From a marine bacterium B5-7 (lineage in GTDB: Bacteria; Pseudomonadota; Gammaproteobacteria; Arenicellales; CAJQKF01): a stretch of 64,000 bases of DNA. Each line of letters begins with the position of its first letter. Positions within the stretch are counted from its first letter, which is position 1. A program made the position numbers and the translations under genes. The notes beneath the pieces are model-generated. The model was not told the origin of the DNA, did no database searches, and worked only from the letters and a program-made list of their open reading frames with translations. Location of the stretch: contig BQJD01000003.1 in NCBI GenBank assembly GCA_021604525.1, positions 12,242 to 76,241 of the forward strand. Direction: 5' to 3'. Below are positions 1 to 11,873 of the stretch, piece by piece.

Positions 1-2
1 TC

Positions 3-365
3 AGGGTGGTTGCCGATCAATGTGGCACGCCCACATACGCACCCGACCTGGCCCGCATGACCAGGGATATCGCATTCATACTTGAATCAAAACGTGATGC
101 TGAACATCTTGGGATATTTCATCTCGGTAACGCGGGTGAAACCACCTGGTACGATTTTGCCGCGGAAATATTCAAGCGTAGCGGGCATGGCGATATTTGT
201 ATCGAACCTATTCCAACTCATGAGTATCCAACCCCTGCACGACGTCCTCTGTACTCGGTTCTCGACCATACTCGCGTGACGCAGGCGTTTGCTGTAAACC
301 CGCCGGACTGGTGTGATGGACTCGAGCGCTGTTTAAAGCGACTCGGTCCATTGTCGGGTCAATGA
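3..365 (+). CDS. rfbD: dTDP-4-dehydrorhamnose reductase, C-terminal part (5' end outside window)
   Basis: VVADQCGTPTYAPDLA, GIFHLGNAGETTWYDFA and YPTPARRPLYSVLD are RmlD C-terminal motifs; the frame is open from the window edge. Confidence 0.88.
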   Translation, partial: RVVADQCGTPTYAPDLARMTRDIAFILESKRDAEHLGIFHLGNAGETTWYDFAAEIFKRSGHGDICIEPIPTHEYPTPARRPLYSVLDHTRVTQAFAVNPPDWCDGLERCLKRLGPLSGQ

Positions 366-369
366 ACTT

Positions 370-2316
370 GTGAGCAAAGACCGGCTTTCTGCAAGCGTCA
401 GCGCCCGTGCACTGGCAGAAAATGGCGCCTTTGCCAAGCAGTTCAAAGATTTCCGGGCCCGCCTGGCGCAACAGGAAATGGCGCTCGAGGTCGAGCGTGC
501 AATCCGTGACAAACATGTGTTGGTGGCTGAATCCGGTACTGGCACCGGCAAGACGTTTGCCTATCTGGTGCCGGCACTACTAAGTGGCGGCCGGGTGATC
601 GTGTCTACTGGTACTCGCCATCTTCAGGATCAGCTATTTCTGAACGATCTGCCGGCAGTCAAAAAGATTCTCGGTACCCCCAATCGAACCGAGCGACTTA
701 AAGGTCGATCAAATTATTTATGCCTGTATCGTCTCGATCAGTCTGATTCATTACTTTTTAATGATCGCAATGAGGGTCGTCAACTTGATCAGATTCGTGA
801 CTGGTCGAAGAAAACCACAAGCGGAGATATCTCCGAGGTTCCGGGCATTGCCGACGACGCCTCGATCTGGCCGTCGCTGACAACTCAACGCGATAATTGT
901 CTGGGTACCAAGTGTGACTTTATCGATGATTGTTTTGTTTACAAAGCACGACGTCGTGCCATGGCTGCGGATCTGGTGGTTGTTAATCACCACTTATTCT
1001 TTAGCGATATCGCCCTTAAAGATGAAGGCTTTGGCGAGGTCTTACCGCAGTACGACTGCGTAATATTTGACGAAGCACACTTGATTCCGGAGACCGCCTC
1101 ACAGTTTTTCGGCTTCGGATTCGGCAGCAATGCGATACGCAATTTATGTCGTGAAATACAGGTTGCCGAAGCCGCAGATAAAAGTGGTGTGGTGATGGAT
1201 GCCGCACTGATAGATGTCGAGCGTGCCGTCAACGGCCTGGTTTTGTCGGTCAAGCCGGAGCAACGCGGTGATTTGTCCGAACTGCTGGCGGTCAAGGAAT
1301 TTCGACCGGCGATTGATAAGCTTCGTAGTGAATTGGCAGCGCTTGGCGAATTGCTCGACAATGCCGCAGTTGCCGGTGCTGAGCTCGAATTGGTCCGCGA
1401 CCGATGCCAGTCGTTGGCCGCATCGCTGGAGCCCTTTATCGAAATGTCGGGCGACGACATGGTGTACTGGTATGAGACCGGGAAACGTTCGTTACGGCTG
1501 CAAGCTACACCCATCTCGGTCGCATCCTTGTTGGGTGAGCGACTGTTGAAGGAACCCATGGCGCTGGTATTCACCTCGGCGACATTATGTTCGGATGACA
1601 GCGGCCAGCATTTTCGACGTGCTGTCGGCCTTGATGATGATACCCATGTGAAAATCTGGCACAGCCCTTACGATTACGCGCAGCGGGCGCTTTTGTATGT
1701 CCCGGAAGGCATGCCTGATCCGTCAAATTCAAGCTTTGCCGAGAAAATGCTCGAACGAATCGTGCCAATCTTGACCGCTGCCCGCGGTCGAGCTTTCGTG
1801 CTGTTCACCAGCTATCGAATGATGCATGAGGTTCACGGCCTGCTCGATGCCAAGGGGCTGTTTCCACTCATGCTGCAAGGCGATGCCTCGCGACATCGAC
1901 TAATTGAAGCATTTCGTCAATCAGATAACGCGGTGTTATTCGGTACCAGCAGCTTCTGGGAAGGCGTTGACGTCAAGGGCGACGATCTTATCTGCGTGAT
2001 AATCGACAAGTTGCCATTCTCATCGCCATTCGACCCGGTGAATCGGGCGCGGTTAAAACATATCGAGGACAATGGTGGAAACTCGTTCGCTGAATATTTA
2101 CTGCCACGCGCTGTCTTGAATTTGAAACAGGGTGCCGGACGCCTCATCAGGGATGAAGCAGATTATGGCGTCCTCATGATTTGCGATCCGAGAATTGTCC
2201 AGAAAAACTATGGTCGGGCGTTTCTCGATGCCTTGCCACCCATGCGTAAAACCCGTCGCGAAGAGATTGTCGTACGTTTTCTTCGATACTTTGATCGGGT
2301 CGCAGAGACGGCATGA
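370..2316 (+). CDS. yoaA: ATP-dependent DNA helicase, DinG/YoaA family (Fe-S)
   Basis: Walker A GTGTGKT, DEAH box, Cys cluster (NYLC...DNCLGTKCDFIDDC), FWEGVDV, QGAGRLIR; directly upstream of tsaB as in many Gammaproteobacteria. Confidence 0.88.
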   Translation: MSKDRLSASVSARALAENGAFAKQFKDFRARLAQQEMALEVERAIRDKHVLVAESGTGTGKTFAYLVPALLSGGRVIVSTGTRHLQDQLFLNDLPAVKKILGTPNRTERLKGRSNYLCLYRLDQSDSLLFNDRNEGRQLDQIRDWSKKTTSGDISEVPGIADDASIWPSLTTQRDNCLGTKCDFIDDCFVYKARRRAMAADLVVVNHHLFFSDIALKDEGFGEVLPQYDCVIFDEAHLIPETASQFFGFGFGSNAIRNLCREIQVAEAADKSGVVMDAALIDVERAVNGLVLSVKPEQRGDLSELLAVKEFRPAIDKLRSELAALGELLDNAAVAGAELELVRDRCQSLAASLEPFIEMSGDDMVYWYETGKRSLRLQATPISVASLLGERLLKEPMALVFTSATLCSDDSGQHFRRAVGLDDDTHVKIWHSPYDYAQRALLYVPEGMPDPSNSSFAEKMLERIVPILTAARGRAFVLFTSYRMMHEVHGLLDAKGLFPLMLQGDASRHRLIEAFRQSDNAVLFGTSSFWEGVDVKGDDLICVIIDKLPFSSPFDPVNRARLKHIEDNGGNSFAEYLLPRAVLNLKQGAGRLIRDEADYGVLMICDPRIVQKNYGRAFLDALPPMRKTRREEIVVRFLRYFDRVAETA

Positions 2317-2972
2317 AAATTCTCGCGTTCGATACCGTCACAGAAGGTTGCTCGGCAGCGTTGATGATCGACGATACGATCATGGAACGTGTCGAAGCGG
2401 GCCCCAATCGCCATTCGTCATGTTTACTACCGATGATTGAATCGCTTATGGCAGATGCCGGGTTGATCTTAACCGATCTCGATGCACTGGCCTATGATCG
2501 CGGCCCTGGTGCGTTTACGGGACTTCGTATTGGCGCGGGCGTCGCCCAGGGCCTGGCATTTACCGCTGACATCCCGGTAGTTGGCGTGTCATCGTTACAA
2601 ACCCTGGCAATGGCCGCAGGTGTCGACCATGTGCTTGCTGCCATTGACGCTCGCATGGGGCAGGTGTATTGGGCGATGATCGATGAGCCATCCAATATGA
2701 ATAAGTCATGGCTGGAGCAGCTCGACAATCCGGAAGATGTCCGGGTTGAGGCACCTTGTATTCACGGTGTCGGCAGCGGCTGGGATAATTATGCCAAGGT
2801 CCTTGAAGCGGGTGTGACCGGGGAAATCACCTGGACTTCCGAAGCAATTCCACAGGCAGCATTTGTGGCACGACTCGCGCAAATGGAGCTGGTTGCGCAT
2901 CCAGGAGGATTGAGCGATAAAGCGGTACCTGTCTATTTGCGCGATCAGGTTGCCAAACGTCCTGCCAGGTAG
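2313..2972 (+). CDS. tsaB: tRNA threonylcarbamoyladenosine biosynthesis protein TsaB
   Basis: MKILAFDT, GPGAFTGLRIG, DARMGQVY, PVYLRD; ATGA overlap with the helicase gene. Confidence 0.95.
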   Translation: MKILAFDTVTEGCSAALMIDDTIMERVEAGPNRHSSCLLPMIESLMADAGLILTDLDALAYDRGPGAFTGLRIGAGVAQGLAFTADIPVVGVSSLQTLAMAAGVDHVLAAIDARMGQVYWAMIDEPSNMNKSWLEQLDNPEDVRVEAPCIHGVGSGWDNYAKVLEAGVTGEITWTSEAIPQAAFVARLAQMELVAHPGGLSDKAVPVYLRDQVAKRPAR

Positions 2973-3024
2973 TCACGACTTGTGATTACGACCTGCCTGG
3001 TGCCGATCATTCAATTTCAAGATA

Positions 3025-3603
3025 TCAGCATAAAACATTGAAGGAATCGCGCGCCACCTGCTTTGTATCGATAAATATTCTGATGTCCCACTCGCCGATA
3101 AAATTGCGCATACCCAGAGATGGATCAAAGGCGCGCACCAGACCAGTATCTTCGGGAGGATGCAGACGCATCCATGCCCATACGATTAATGGATCGCCGG
3201 TAGAAGTCGCGTCGAACCGGGTGAGTTCCTGACGATTGCCACGAGGACCCATCCAATGGACTTCTACCCCATGAACACCCGCTTCAAGACCGCCGACATC
3301 CATAAGCAAATAGACCGTATCCGAGCAAGTGAATTCGGTCTCGCCGGTGCGTTTTGGTATCTGCCCATCCAGCTCTGAGCTGAAACCCGTTGTAACCTCC
3401 AGGGCAAATGCCACACGGGTAGCTGCCAGTGCACACGAAAAAACCATGAGAAGCAGCACTATTGGCAAGCGCAGATTGTGAAGAACAGCACATAATTGCT
3501 GTGACTTACTACTGGAACAGTATGCGTGGATTGGTGTCGGGAAAGTCATGGCAATAGTGAAATTGATAATGAACAGTGTCGTCGGTAGGATCAGGGTCGT
3601 CAT
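3025..3603 (-). CDS. hypothetical, probably exported beta-rich protein (start uncertain, possibly 3549 or 3447)
   Basis: 192-aa ORF filling the gap; hydrophobic stretch LPIVLLLMVFSCALAATRVAFA followed by a ~125-aa domain with alternating polar/apolar strands. Confidence 0.6.
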   Translation of the reverse strand: MTTLILPTTLFIINFTIAMTFPTPIHAYCSSSKSQQLCAVLHNLRLPIVLLLMVFSCALAATRVAFALEVTTGFSSELDGQIPKRTGETEFTCSDTVYLLMDVGGLEAGVHGVEVHWMGPRGNRQELTRFDATSTGDPLIVWAWMRLHPPEDTGLVRAFDPSLGMRNFIGEWDIRIFIDTKQVARDSFNVLC

Positions 3604-3788
3604 ACGACACCTGGACTATCTTGGGGCAGACCACTGACCTCATCAAGATCGAATAGTGATTTATTCATGCCAATTATGATGAAACATTACGTAACAGAAA
3701 CTGAACAGATGCTACTGGCGTAATCGTTTCAGGAATTAGCGTTATTCCAGAATGAACACGATATGGGTTAAGCAAGTGGTTATTAAAG

Positions 3789-3816
3789 TTGAGAAGATAG
3801 TCAAAAACCCTATAAT
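3789..3816 (+). promoter_or_regulatory. sigma70-type promoter upstream of the lipoprotein gene
   Basis: TTGAGA (3789-3794), 16 bp, TATAAT (3811-3816); AAGGAG Shine-Dalgarno at 3896-3901. Confidence 0.6.
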
Positions 3817-3912
3817 AAGCGCTTAAACAGGCAGGATATTTTTATTGTGGCGATGTGTCACGCCAAGAATATCACTGATGCCATCAAAACCACTAAAGGA
3901 GGGACGCCCCCG

Positions 3913-4512
3913 ATGCGTCGATTGATTCTGGCGATGAGCGCCGCATTATGGCTGGCTGCCTGTAGTAGCGGGGGAAGTACATCCTCGACTGGTGGAAGTA
4001 TTACCGGGGCCACATCCGGCACGACCGGGCTTTTCATGTTTGTAATACTCACGCCACCAGACTTCAGTTCAGATACAAAAAGTAGCGACTGCACCGTACC
4101 GCCAGATGGCGTGATCGATCAGTTTGTGACCAGCGATATTGGTAGTGTAACCATTACCATTCGTGATAATAGTCTGGTGGCCACCACATCCAACAAGGGT
4201 GTTGTGTTTACGTCATACACCGTCAGCTATACCCCGATTACACCAGGTGGACCAGCTCTTGCGTCACGTCGCCAGAGTGAAAGCATCCCCGTCGTACTCG
4301 GTGACGACGATGAAGCCTCCGCAACAGCCCCAGTCGTTCTGGTGGAACTTGACACTACCAAACCCGAGTTCAATGCCCGTAACCCCGCAGGTAAAGTCTA
4401 TACCTACAATATAACCGTCACATTTCGTGGTAGTCGAATCGACACCGGCGCGCCGGTCGCTGTCAGTGGCAGTACCTCGATGGAGCTTGGCGATTTTTGT
4501 GAAGGCACCTGA
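3913..4512 (+). CDS. hypothetical lipoprotein
   Basis: ATG 3913 after AAGGAG; MRRLILAMSAALWLAA-C lipobox, Ser/Gly/Thr linker, beta-rich mature domain. Confidence 0.75.
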   Translation: MRRLILAMSAALWLAACSSGGSTSSTGGSITGATSGTTGLFMFVILTPPDFSSDTKSSDCTVPPDGVIDQFVTSDIGSVTITIRDNSLVATTSNKGVVFTSYTVSYTPITPGGPALASRRQSESIPVVLGDDDEASATAPVVLVELDTTKPEFNARNPAGKVYTYNITVTFRGSRIDTGAPVAVSGSTSMELGDFCEGT

Positions 4513-4564
4513 TATATCCTTAAAAAATCAATTCGGAAAAATCGGTAATCTCATAATCAACCAG

Positions 4565-4581
4565 GGGCAGTGTGCCTGCCC
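4565..4581. terminator. short hairpin between convergent genes
   Basis: GGGCAG-TGTGC-CTGCCC; no clear U-tract. Confidence 0.25.
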
Positions 4582-4638
4582 GCTGACTGGAAAACCCTTC
4601 AGGATTCATGGCGATACCCATTAGCAGCATTTCGGGTA

Positions 4639-5925
4639 TTAGTGTGACGATGCTGTATCGATCTCCTGTGGCGCCGTCAATGGCGTAATTCGGGCGATCT
4701 CAACTGAATATGCGCCACTTTTAACGATTTCGATAACCAGGTTGTCTACTTTTATTGTAGTTCCGGGGTTGGGCACATCTTCAAGGACTTCAAGCAATAG
4801 CCCATTGAGGGTTTTGGGTCCGTCTGTGGGAAGATTCCATAACATTTTTCGATTCAGGTCGCGAATGTTGGCGCGTGCATCCACGAGATAACTGCCGGCA
4901 TCTTCTACATACACATCGTCTGATACTCCAGGTACATTGCGGGTGAATTCACCGACAATTTCCTCCAGAATTTCATCCAGAGTGACGAGACCACGAATTT
5001 CACCAAACTCATTGACTACCAGCGCCGTCTGACATCGTTTTTCCTGCATCATCAATAATTGTTCAGTCAACTGTGCACTTTCCGGAATGAACATCGGTTC
5101 GCGGATAATTTCCAGAAATTTGGCGAGTGTTGGTTCGCCTTCCTGATATTGGTGCACAACGTTTCGAAGATGCACCTCGCCGACGATGTTGTCGAGGTTA
5201 CCTCGATAAACCGGTAGACGCGTGTGATGGCTGGTAGCAAGTTGATCGATAATGTCGTCCCAATCGTCCTCGAGATCGATACCCTCAATACTGCCGCGTG
5301 GCACCATGACATCTTCCACCGTTATGGTTTCAAGGTCGAGAATCCTCAGCAGCATTTCCTGATGACTCTTGGGAATCAGGGAGGCCGAGTGTTTGACCAC
5401 GGTACGAAGCTCTTGGGGCCCCAACCGATCATCCCGCTTTTTTAAGGAGATACCGAATAGTCGGGGTAACAGTGCGCCAATTCGATTCACTAAAAACACG
5501 ATCGGTTGGGCGATCCGAATAAGGAAGGCGAGGATATAGACTGCCCGAAAAGCAATTTTTTCGGGATACAGTGCGGCTACAGTTTTCGGTGGTATCTCCG
5601 CAAAAATCAGTATTATCAGTGTGATAACACCCGTTGCAAAGGCGATGGCAACCTCACCGGCAATCTCAAGTGCAATTACAGTGGAGACCGCCGCCGCCGC
5701 GTTATTGACCAGGTTATTACCCAACAGGATCGTGCCAAGAAGACGATCGGTTTGACCAAGTAACTTGAGACACAGTCGAGCGGCATTGTTACCGTCTTCT
5801 GCAAGATGTTCCAGGCGATAGCGGTTGAGCGCCATCATCGCTGTTTCCGATGCTGAGAAAAATGCCGACAGAACAAGCAAAACAACCAGTATCGCCAATA
5901 AGGTGAGCAGTGAAACGTCGGTCAT
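4639..5925 (-). CDS. CNNM/HlyC/CorC family Mg/Co transporter (DUF21 + 2 CBS + CorC domain)
   Basis: SAFFSASETAMM, ILIFAEIPPKT, HTRLPVY, GLVTLDEILEEIVG, PKTLNGLLLE. Confidence 0.9.
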   Translation of the reverse strand: MTDVSLLTLLAILVVLLVLSAFFSASETAMMALNRYRLEHLAEDGNNAARLCLKLLGQTDRLLGTILLGNNLVNNAAAAVSTVIALEIAGEVAIAFATGVITLIILIFAEIPPKTVAALYPEKIAFRAVYILAFLIRIAQPIVFLVNRIGALLPRLFGISLKKRDDRLGPQELRTVVKHSASLIPKSHQEMLLRILDLETITVEDVMVPRGSIEGIDLEDDWDDIIDQLATSHHTRLPVYRGNLDNIVGEVHLRNVVHQYQEGEPTLAKFLEIIREPMFIPESAQLTEQLLMMQEKRCQTALVVNEFGEIRGLVTLDEILEEIVGEFTRNVPGVSDDVYVEDAGSYLVDARANIRDLNRKMLWNLPTDGPKTLNGLLLEVLEDVPNPGTTIKVDNLVIEIVKSGAYSVEIARITPLTAPQEIDTASSH

Positions 5926-6134
5926 TATCCCACCCTATGCGCGTCGTCATGACGCAACCTGTCCGTATTGTGATCGTTCCAGTCCGGTGTAACCAGGAGC
6001 TGATTAGTCAGCGAACTTTGTTGAGTCCAGCCGACCGAGGTTGGTGATGAAATGATAGCCGCGAGACTTTCAGGAGAATGTTTCAGGTTTAACGCCGCTA
6101 GCGGCCGGAATAAGGGAGGATCGCTATCGCTCAT
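5925..6134 (-). CDS. possible small protein (69 aa) coupled to the CorC-family gene
   Basis: its TAA overlaps the downstream ATG (TAATG); weak GGA SD; no recognisable motif. Confidence 0.2.
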   Translation of the reverse strand: MSDSDPPLFRPLAALNLKHSPESLAAIISSPTSVGWTQQSSLTNQLLVTPDWNDHNTDRLRHDDAHRVG

Positions 6135-6181
6135 GAAATTATCCGGCTGATATCCTTACGCATGGAACGTTCGATTTGATA

Positions 6182-7615
6182 TTAATCATCGAGTTTACGC
6201 TTGAGTATTTCATTAACCTGGCGTGGATTGGCTTTGCCTTGGCTAAGTTTCATTATTTGTCCGACAAGATATCCGATGACTTTGGTTTCACCCTCGCGAT
6301 ATTGTTGTACCTGAGCGGCAGAGTTCGACAATACTTCATCTACCATCTCCTCGAGCGCTCCGCTGTCGCTGATTTGCCTGAGTCCACGAGCGTCGATAAT
6401 GTTATCGGCAGTATCCCCACTGTCCCACATTGCCTGAAACACGTCTTTAGCTATTTTGCCGGAAATCGTACCATCCTGAATACGATCGAGCAGTTGTCCG
6501 ACTGCCAGCGGCGTGACTGGAATATTTTCGAAGTTAATTCCTTCACGATTGATTCGCGCACTGATATCACCGGTAATCCAGTTTGCGGCCGCTTTTGCTG
6601 TTGCCGCGGTGGATTGCATGATTGCTTCGAAATAGTTGGCGATATCGAGATCGCCAACCAATGCCTCCGCATCGCTGGAGTTCAGGGAATATTCCCGAAT
6701 GAATCGTTCCCGCTTGGCATGAGCAAGCTCCGGTAATGTGCGTCGCACATCTTCTATGAACGATTCCGTGATAACCAGCGGTGGCAGGTCGGGATCGGGG
6801 AAATAGCGGTAATCGTGCGCTTCTTCCTTGCTGCGCATTGATCTGGTCTCGTCTTTGGTCGGATCGTAAAGTCTGGTTTCCTGTACCACAGTGCCGCCGT
6901 CTTCAATAATTTCGATCTGACGCGCGATCTCGAATTGAATCGCCTTATCGACGAATCTGAAGGAATTTATGTTCTTGATCTCTGCGCGGGTACCGAGTTT
7001 GTCCTCACCCCTGCGGCGTACCGAAATGTTCGCATCGCAGCGGAAGGAGCCCTCCTGCATATTGCCGTCGCAAATACCCAGATAGCGAACCAGCGTGTGC
7101 AGTTTACGCAGGTAAACCACGGCCTCAGTGGCTGTTCGCATGTCAGGATCGGAAACCACCTCAAGTAATGGTGTACCGGCGCGATTCAGATCGATACCGG
7201 TCATGCCATGGAAATCTTCGTGAAGTGATTTACCGGCATCCTCCTCGAGATGCGCGCGAGTAATTCCAATACGCTTCGATTTGCCTTCGACCTCTATATC
7301 GAGATAACCCGGGCCAACCACCGGAATTTCGTATTGACTGATCTGGTAGCCTTTTGGCAGATCGGGATAAAAATAATTCTTGCGGGCAAATATCGAACGT
7401 TGATTGATCAGCCCGTTAACCGCCAAGCCAAAGCGGACAGCCATGGTGACCGCCTCTCGGTTCATGACAGGCAATACGCCAGGCAGGGCGATATCCACTG
7501 CATTCGCCTGGGTGTTGGGTTCGGCGCCAAAGGCGATTGAACTGCCTGAGAAAATCTTGCTCGATGTCTTGAGCTGCACGTGAACTTCAAGTCCGATGAC
7601 TGATTCGAAACTCAT
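6182..7615 (-). CDS. gatB: Asp/Glu-tRNA amidotransferase subunit B
   Basis: [51 protein letters not shown]; ATG 7615 overlaps the gatA stop. Confidence 0.97.
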   Translation of the reverse strand: MSFESVIGLEVHVQLKTSSKIFSGSSIAFGAEPNTQANAVDIALPGVLPVMNREAVTMAVRFGLAVNGLINQRSIFARKNYFYPDLPKGYQISQYEIPVVGPGYLDIEVEGKSKRIGITRAHLEEDAGKSLHEDFHGMTGIDLNRAGTPLLEVVSDPDMRTATEAVVYLRKLHTLVRYLGICDGNMQEGSFRCDANISVRRRGEDKLGTRAEIKNINSFRFVDKAIQFEIARQIEIIEDGGTVVQETRLYDPTKDETRSMRSKEEAHDYRYFPDPDLPPLVITESFIEDVRRTLPELAHAKRERFIREYSLNSSDAEALVGDLDIANYFEAIMQSTAATAKAAANWITGDISARINREGINFENIPVTPLAVGQLLDRIQDGTISGKIAKDVFQAMWDSGDTADNIIDARGLRQISDSGALEEMVDEVLSNSAAQVQQYREGETKVIGYLVGQIMKLSQGKANPRQVNEILKRKLDD

Positions 7616-9069
7616 GCGAACTCCCCTGGCACGTGGCGGTGCCAATCTGTAGTCTGCTGGTAGCAGTGACCTACATTTAACAATTTCGCCTCGTCAAGAT
7701 AAGGCCCGATGAGCTGCATGCCGATGGGCAGGCCGCTGCCTGAAAACCCCACCGGTATCGACAGGGCAGGCAGGCCGGCAAGATTGACCGAACTGGTGAA
7801 GATATCGTTGAGGTACATGGATACCGGATTGTCCATTTTTTCGCCGATTTTAAAGGCGGTAGTCGGTGTAGTCGGTCCTGCAATCACGTCGCATTGCGCA
7901 AAGGCGCGATCGAAATCAGTAGCGATCAGGCGGCGTATTTTCTGAGCCTTCAGGTAATAAGCGTCATAGTATCCCGACGATAATGCGTAGGTACCGATCA
8001 TGATGCGCCGCTTTACCTCGGCGCCGAATCCCTCAGCGCGGCTGCGTTCGTAGAGATCGGTCAGGTCGACAGGGTCATTTGTGCGATAGCCGTAACGCAC
8101 GCCATCGAAACGTGCCAGGTTGGAGGAAGCTTCGGCTGGAGCGATGACGTAATAACAGGGAATGGCGGCTGCGCTATTGGGAAGTGCGATGTTCACCGCG
8201 CTGGCACCCAGTTCGCACAGACGGGCCACAGCCGCTTGAACGGCTGCGCCTACATCGCTGTCGACTCCACTATCAAAAAATTCGTTGGGCAAACCAATCT
8301 TGAGTCCTTTAAGTGGTTTTTCGAGGCTAGAGGAGGCCGCTTCGAATTTTTTGTCGAGTGAGGTCGAATCGCGTGGATCGAAACCTGCCATGGCGTCGAA
8401 TAACAGGGCAGCATCAGCGGCTGTCTGGGCAATGGGACCGGCTTGATCCAGTGATGAGGCAAATGCAACGATGCCGTATCGGGAAACTCGTCCGTAACTC
8501 GGCTTTAAACCGGTTAATCCACAAAGTGCCGCCGGCTGTCGAATCGACCCACCCGTATCGGTGCCGGTGGCGGCCGGGACCAGGCGTGCGGCGACAGCAG
8601 CAGCCGAACCGCCGGAACTACCGCCGGCTACGCGACTCGTATCCCAGGGGTTTGCGACAGGGCCATACCATGATGTCTCGTTGGACGAGCCCATGGCGAA
8701 TTCGTCCATGTTGGTTTTGCCAAGTGTAATCACGCCTTCTTTGGCAAGACGCTCAACCACTGTCGCGTCGTACGGTGAGATGAAATTATCGAGCATGCGT
8801 GATCCGCAGCTCGTTTTTAAGCCTTTAGTGCAGAAAATGTCCTTGTGAGCGATCGGTAAACCGGTTAATGGTGACGCCGAGCCGGAATTGAGCGCGTCGT
8901 CGGCTACGCGTGCTTGTTGTAATGCCCGTTCGGTATCAGAGGTGATGAAAGCATTAAGCTTAGTATCTCCTTCAATACGGTCAAGAAAATGTGTGCAGAG
9001 TTCGAGCGCGGAAATGTCACGCGAACGCAACTTTTTCGACAGTTCCAGCAAGGTATGATTGTGCGGCAT
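7612..9069 (-). CDS. gatA: Asp/Glu-tRNA amidotransferase subunit A
   Basis: amidase signature [40 protein letters not shown]. Confidence 0.97.
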   Translation of the reverse strand: MPHNHTLLELSKKLRSRDISALELCTHFLDRIEGDTKLNAFITSDTERALQQARVADDALNSGSASPLTGLPIAHKDIFCTKGLKTSCGSRMLDNFISPYDATVVERLAKEGVITLGKTNMDEFAMGSSNETSWYGPVANPWDTSRVAGGSSGGSAAAVAARLVPAATGTDTGGSIRQPAALCGLTGLKPSYGRVSRYGIVAFASSLDQAGPIAQTAADAALLFDAMAGFDPRDSTSLDKKFEAASSSLEKPLKGLKIGLPNEFFDSGVDSDVGAAVQAAVARLCELGASAVNIALPNSAAAIPCYYVIAPAEASSNLARFDGVRYGYRTNDPVDLTDLYERSRAEGFGAEVKRRIMIGTYALSSGYYDAYYLKAQKIRRLIATDFDRAFAQCDVIAGPTTPTTAFKIGEKMDNPVSMYLNDIFTSSVNLAGLPALSIPVGFSGSGLPIGMQLIGPYLDEAKLLNVGHCYQQTTDWHRHVPGEFA

Positions 9070-9149
9070 GAAAAACTTACATCAGGTCGGATTGTCTGTA
9101 TCCGGCACGCGGCCGGTTATTGCAGATGTTGGGTTATTGGCTAAACGCC

Positions 9150-9437
9150 TTATTCGATGACTTTGGGGACGAGGTACAGGCCATTTTCAGATGCCGGCGC
9201 GATGCCCATGAATTCGTCGCGATGGTCGGTTTCGCTGACCGTATCATCACGCAATCTCAAGGAAACATCGCTTGGGTGGGCCATCGGTTCGATTCCATCG
9301 GTGTCGACATCGTTCATCTGGGCGACCAGATCGAGAATCCGTGACAAATTGTCGGCGTAGATTTCTACTTCCTCGTCGCTGATACCGAGCCGCGCCAGGC
9401 GGGCGATGTGGTGTACGTCCTGATTGCTGATACTCAT
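9150..9437 (-). CDS. gatC: Asp/Glu-tRNA amidotransferase subunit C
   Basis: VHHIARLARL ... YLVPKVIE; 95 aa, upstream of gatA. Confidence 0.95.
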   Translation of the reverse strand: MSISNQDVHHIARLARLGISDEEVEIYADNLSRILDLVAQMNDVDTDGIEPMAHPSDVSLRLRDDTVSETDHRDEFMGIAPASENGLYLVPKVIE

Positions 9438-9745
9438 AATCGTCTAACGTAGTGGATGAAAAGCTGTTTTAAATGACTTGCAGATCTAATGTGTCGCAAG
9501 ATGGCGTGTCAATATTCGATAACCGGTGTCTGGCCGTCATCAAAGTGTAACCATAATAGGAGTCGAAGATTGATCCAATCCGCTATTTTAGCTAATCCTG
9601 ACAGGCGATATTGTTCCCATTCGGTTTTATATGTGCATTTATCAGGTAACTCATTCGTAGTCGGTTTTGACGGGTTTTTGTTGAACCACGTGAACGAGGT
9701 TGTTACATTACCTCGGTTTGCGTCTCAACCAATTCCTTCCGGTAA

Positions 9746-10792
<1,047 letters not shown>

Positions 10793-10796
10793 ATCT

Positions 10797-10835
10797 CGCC
10801 GATCCGAACAATCGGCGGTATAGCGGTAACGCTAT
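10797..10835 (+). promoter_or_regulatory. two tandem hairpins in the mreB-mreC spacer
   Basis: CGCCGAT-7nt-ATCGGCG (10797-10817) and ATAGCG-GTAA-CGCTAT (10820-10835). Confidence 0.4.
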
Positions 10836-10859
10836 CCCCAGCGGACTCGTCAATCGACG

Positions 10860-11873
10860 GTGCAGCACTCCGGCGTAAACTTAAGATTTCTGGTGTATGT
10901 GTTCGTGTCCGTGTTGATAATCAACATGGATGCGCATACGCATGCCTTGGCACCCGTGCGCGCATTGCTGGGGCTCACTGTCGCACCCCTGCAAGAGCTG
11001 GTGCTTGTGCCACGGCGATTTGCCGAGTGGGTATCGTTGCGAGCAATTTCAGAATCCGAGCTTCTTGACAAGGTTGAGGATCTGCAAGCTGCTAATCTGA
11101 CCCTGTCAGCGCGGCTGCAACGCATCGATGGACTTGATGCTGAAAACCGGCGTTTGCGTGAACTACTTTCGGCATCGAGGCGTGGGCTCGATCGGGTGAT
11201 GTTGGCTGAAATTGAAAATATCAGTCTCGAACCGTTTACGCAGAGTGTACTGGTTAACAAGGGTCTTGCTGATGGTGTGTATGAAGGGCAACCCGTGCTT
11301 GATTCCCGCGGTGTCATGGGCCAGGTAGTACGCACATCCTACTTAAAGAGTGCGGTATCCCTGGTGACGGATCCCGGACAAACCATTCCCGTCATGCTGG
11401 AACGCAACGGCCTGCGTGCACTGACTTCCGGGACTGGATCGAGACAACTTCTCGACGTGCCTTTTCTCGATCGGAATACCGACATCCGCCGTGGCGATCT
11501 ACTGATTACATCAGGCCTTGGAGGTCGATTTCCCTATGGATATCCGGTTGCCATTGTTCGCGAAGTGACCGTAGACGTCAACGAGCCGTTTCTTAATATC
11601 AGCGCCGAGCCGGTTGCGCGACTTGGTTATTCACGAGAAGTATTACTGGCTTGGCCTGGTGCCGAGCCGGATGCTGATTTAACCCCTGTAGATGTACAAC
11701 CGATTCCCCAACCGCCAGTATCTCCGACATCCATCCTGGGTGGATCCATACTGACTCTGCCTGGGCAAATTCCTGAATCCGGCGGCGAATCTGCTCCAGC
11801 GATTTTGCCGCAATCCACACCACAGCCAGCCGTTTCACCGAACCAGGATGCAGTCAATGCTACTCGGCAGTAG
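10860..11873 (+). CDS. mreC: rod shape-determining protein MreC
   Basis: AENRRLRELL, GVMGQV, GDLLITSGLGGRFPYGYPV, Pro-rich tail; operon position. Confidence 0.93.
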   Translation: MQHSGVNLRFLVYVFVSVLIINMDAHTHALAPVRALLGLTVAPLQELVLVPRRFAEWVSLRAISESELLDKVEDLQAANLTLSARLQRIDGLDAENRRLRELLSASRRGLDRVMLAEIENISLEPFTQSVLVNKGLADGVYEGQPVLDSRGVMGQVVRTSYLKSAVSLVTDPGQTIPVMLERNGLRALTSGTGSRQLLDVPFLDRNTDIRRGDLLITSGLGGRFPYGYPVAIVREVTVDVNEPFLNISAEPVARLGYSREVLLAWPGAEPDADLTPVDVQPIPQPPVSPTSILGGSILTLPGQIPESGGESAPAILPQSTPQPAVSPNQDAVNATRQ

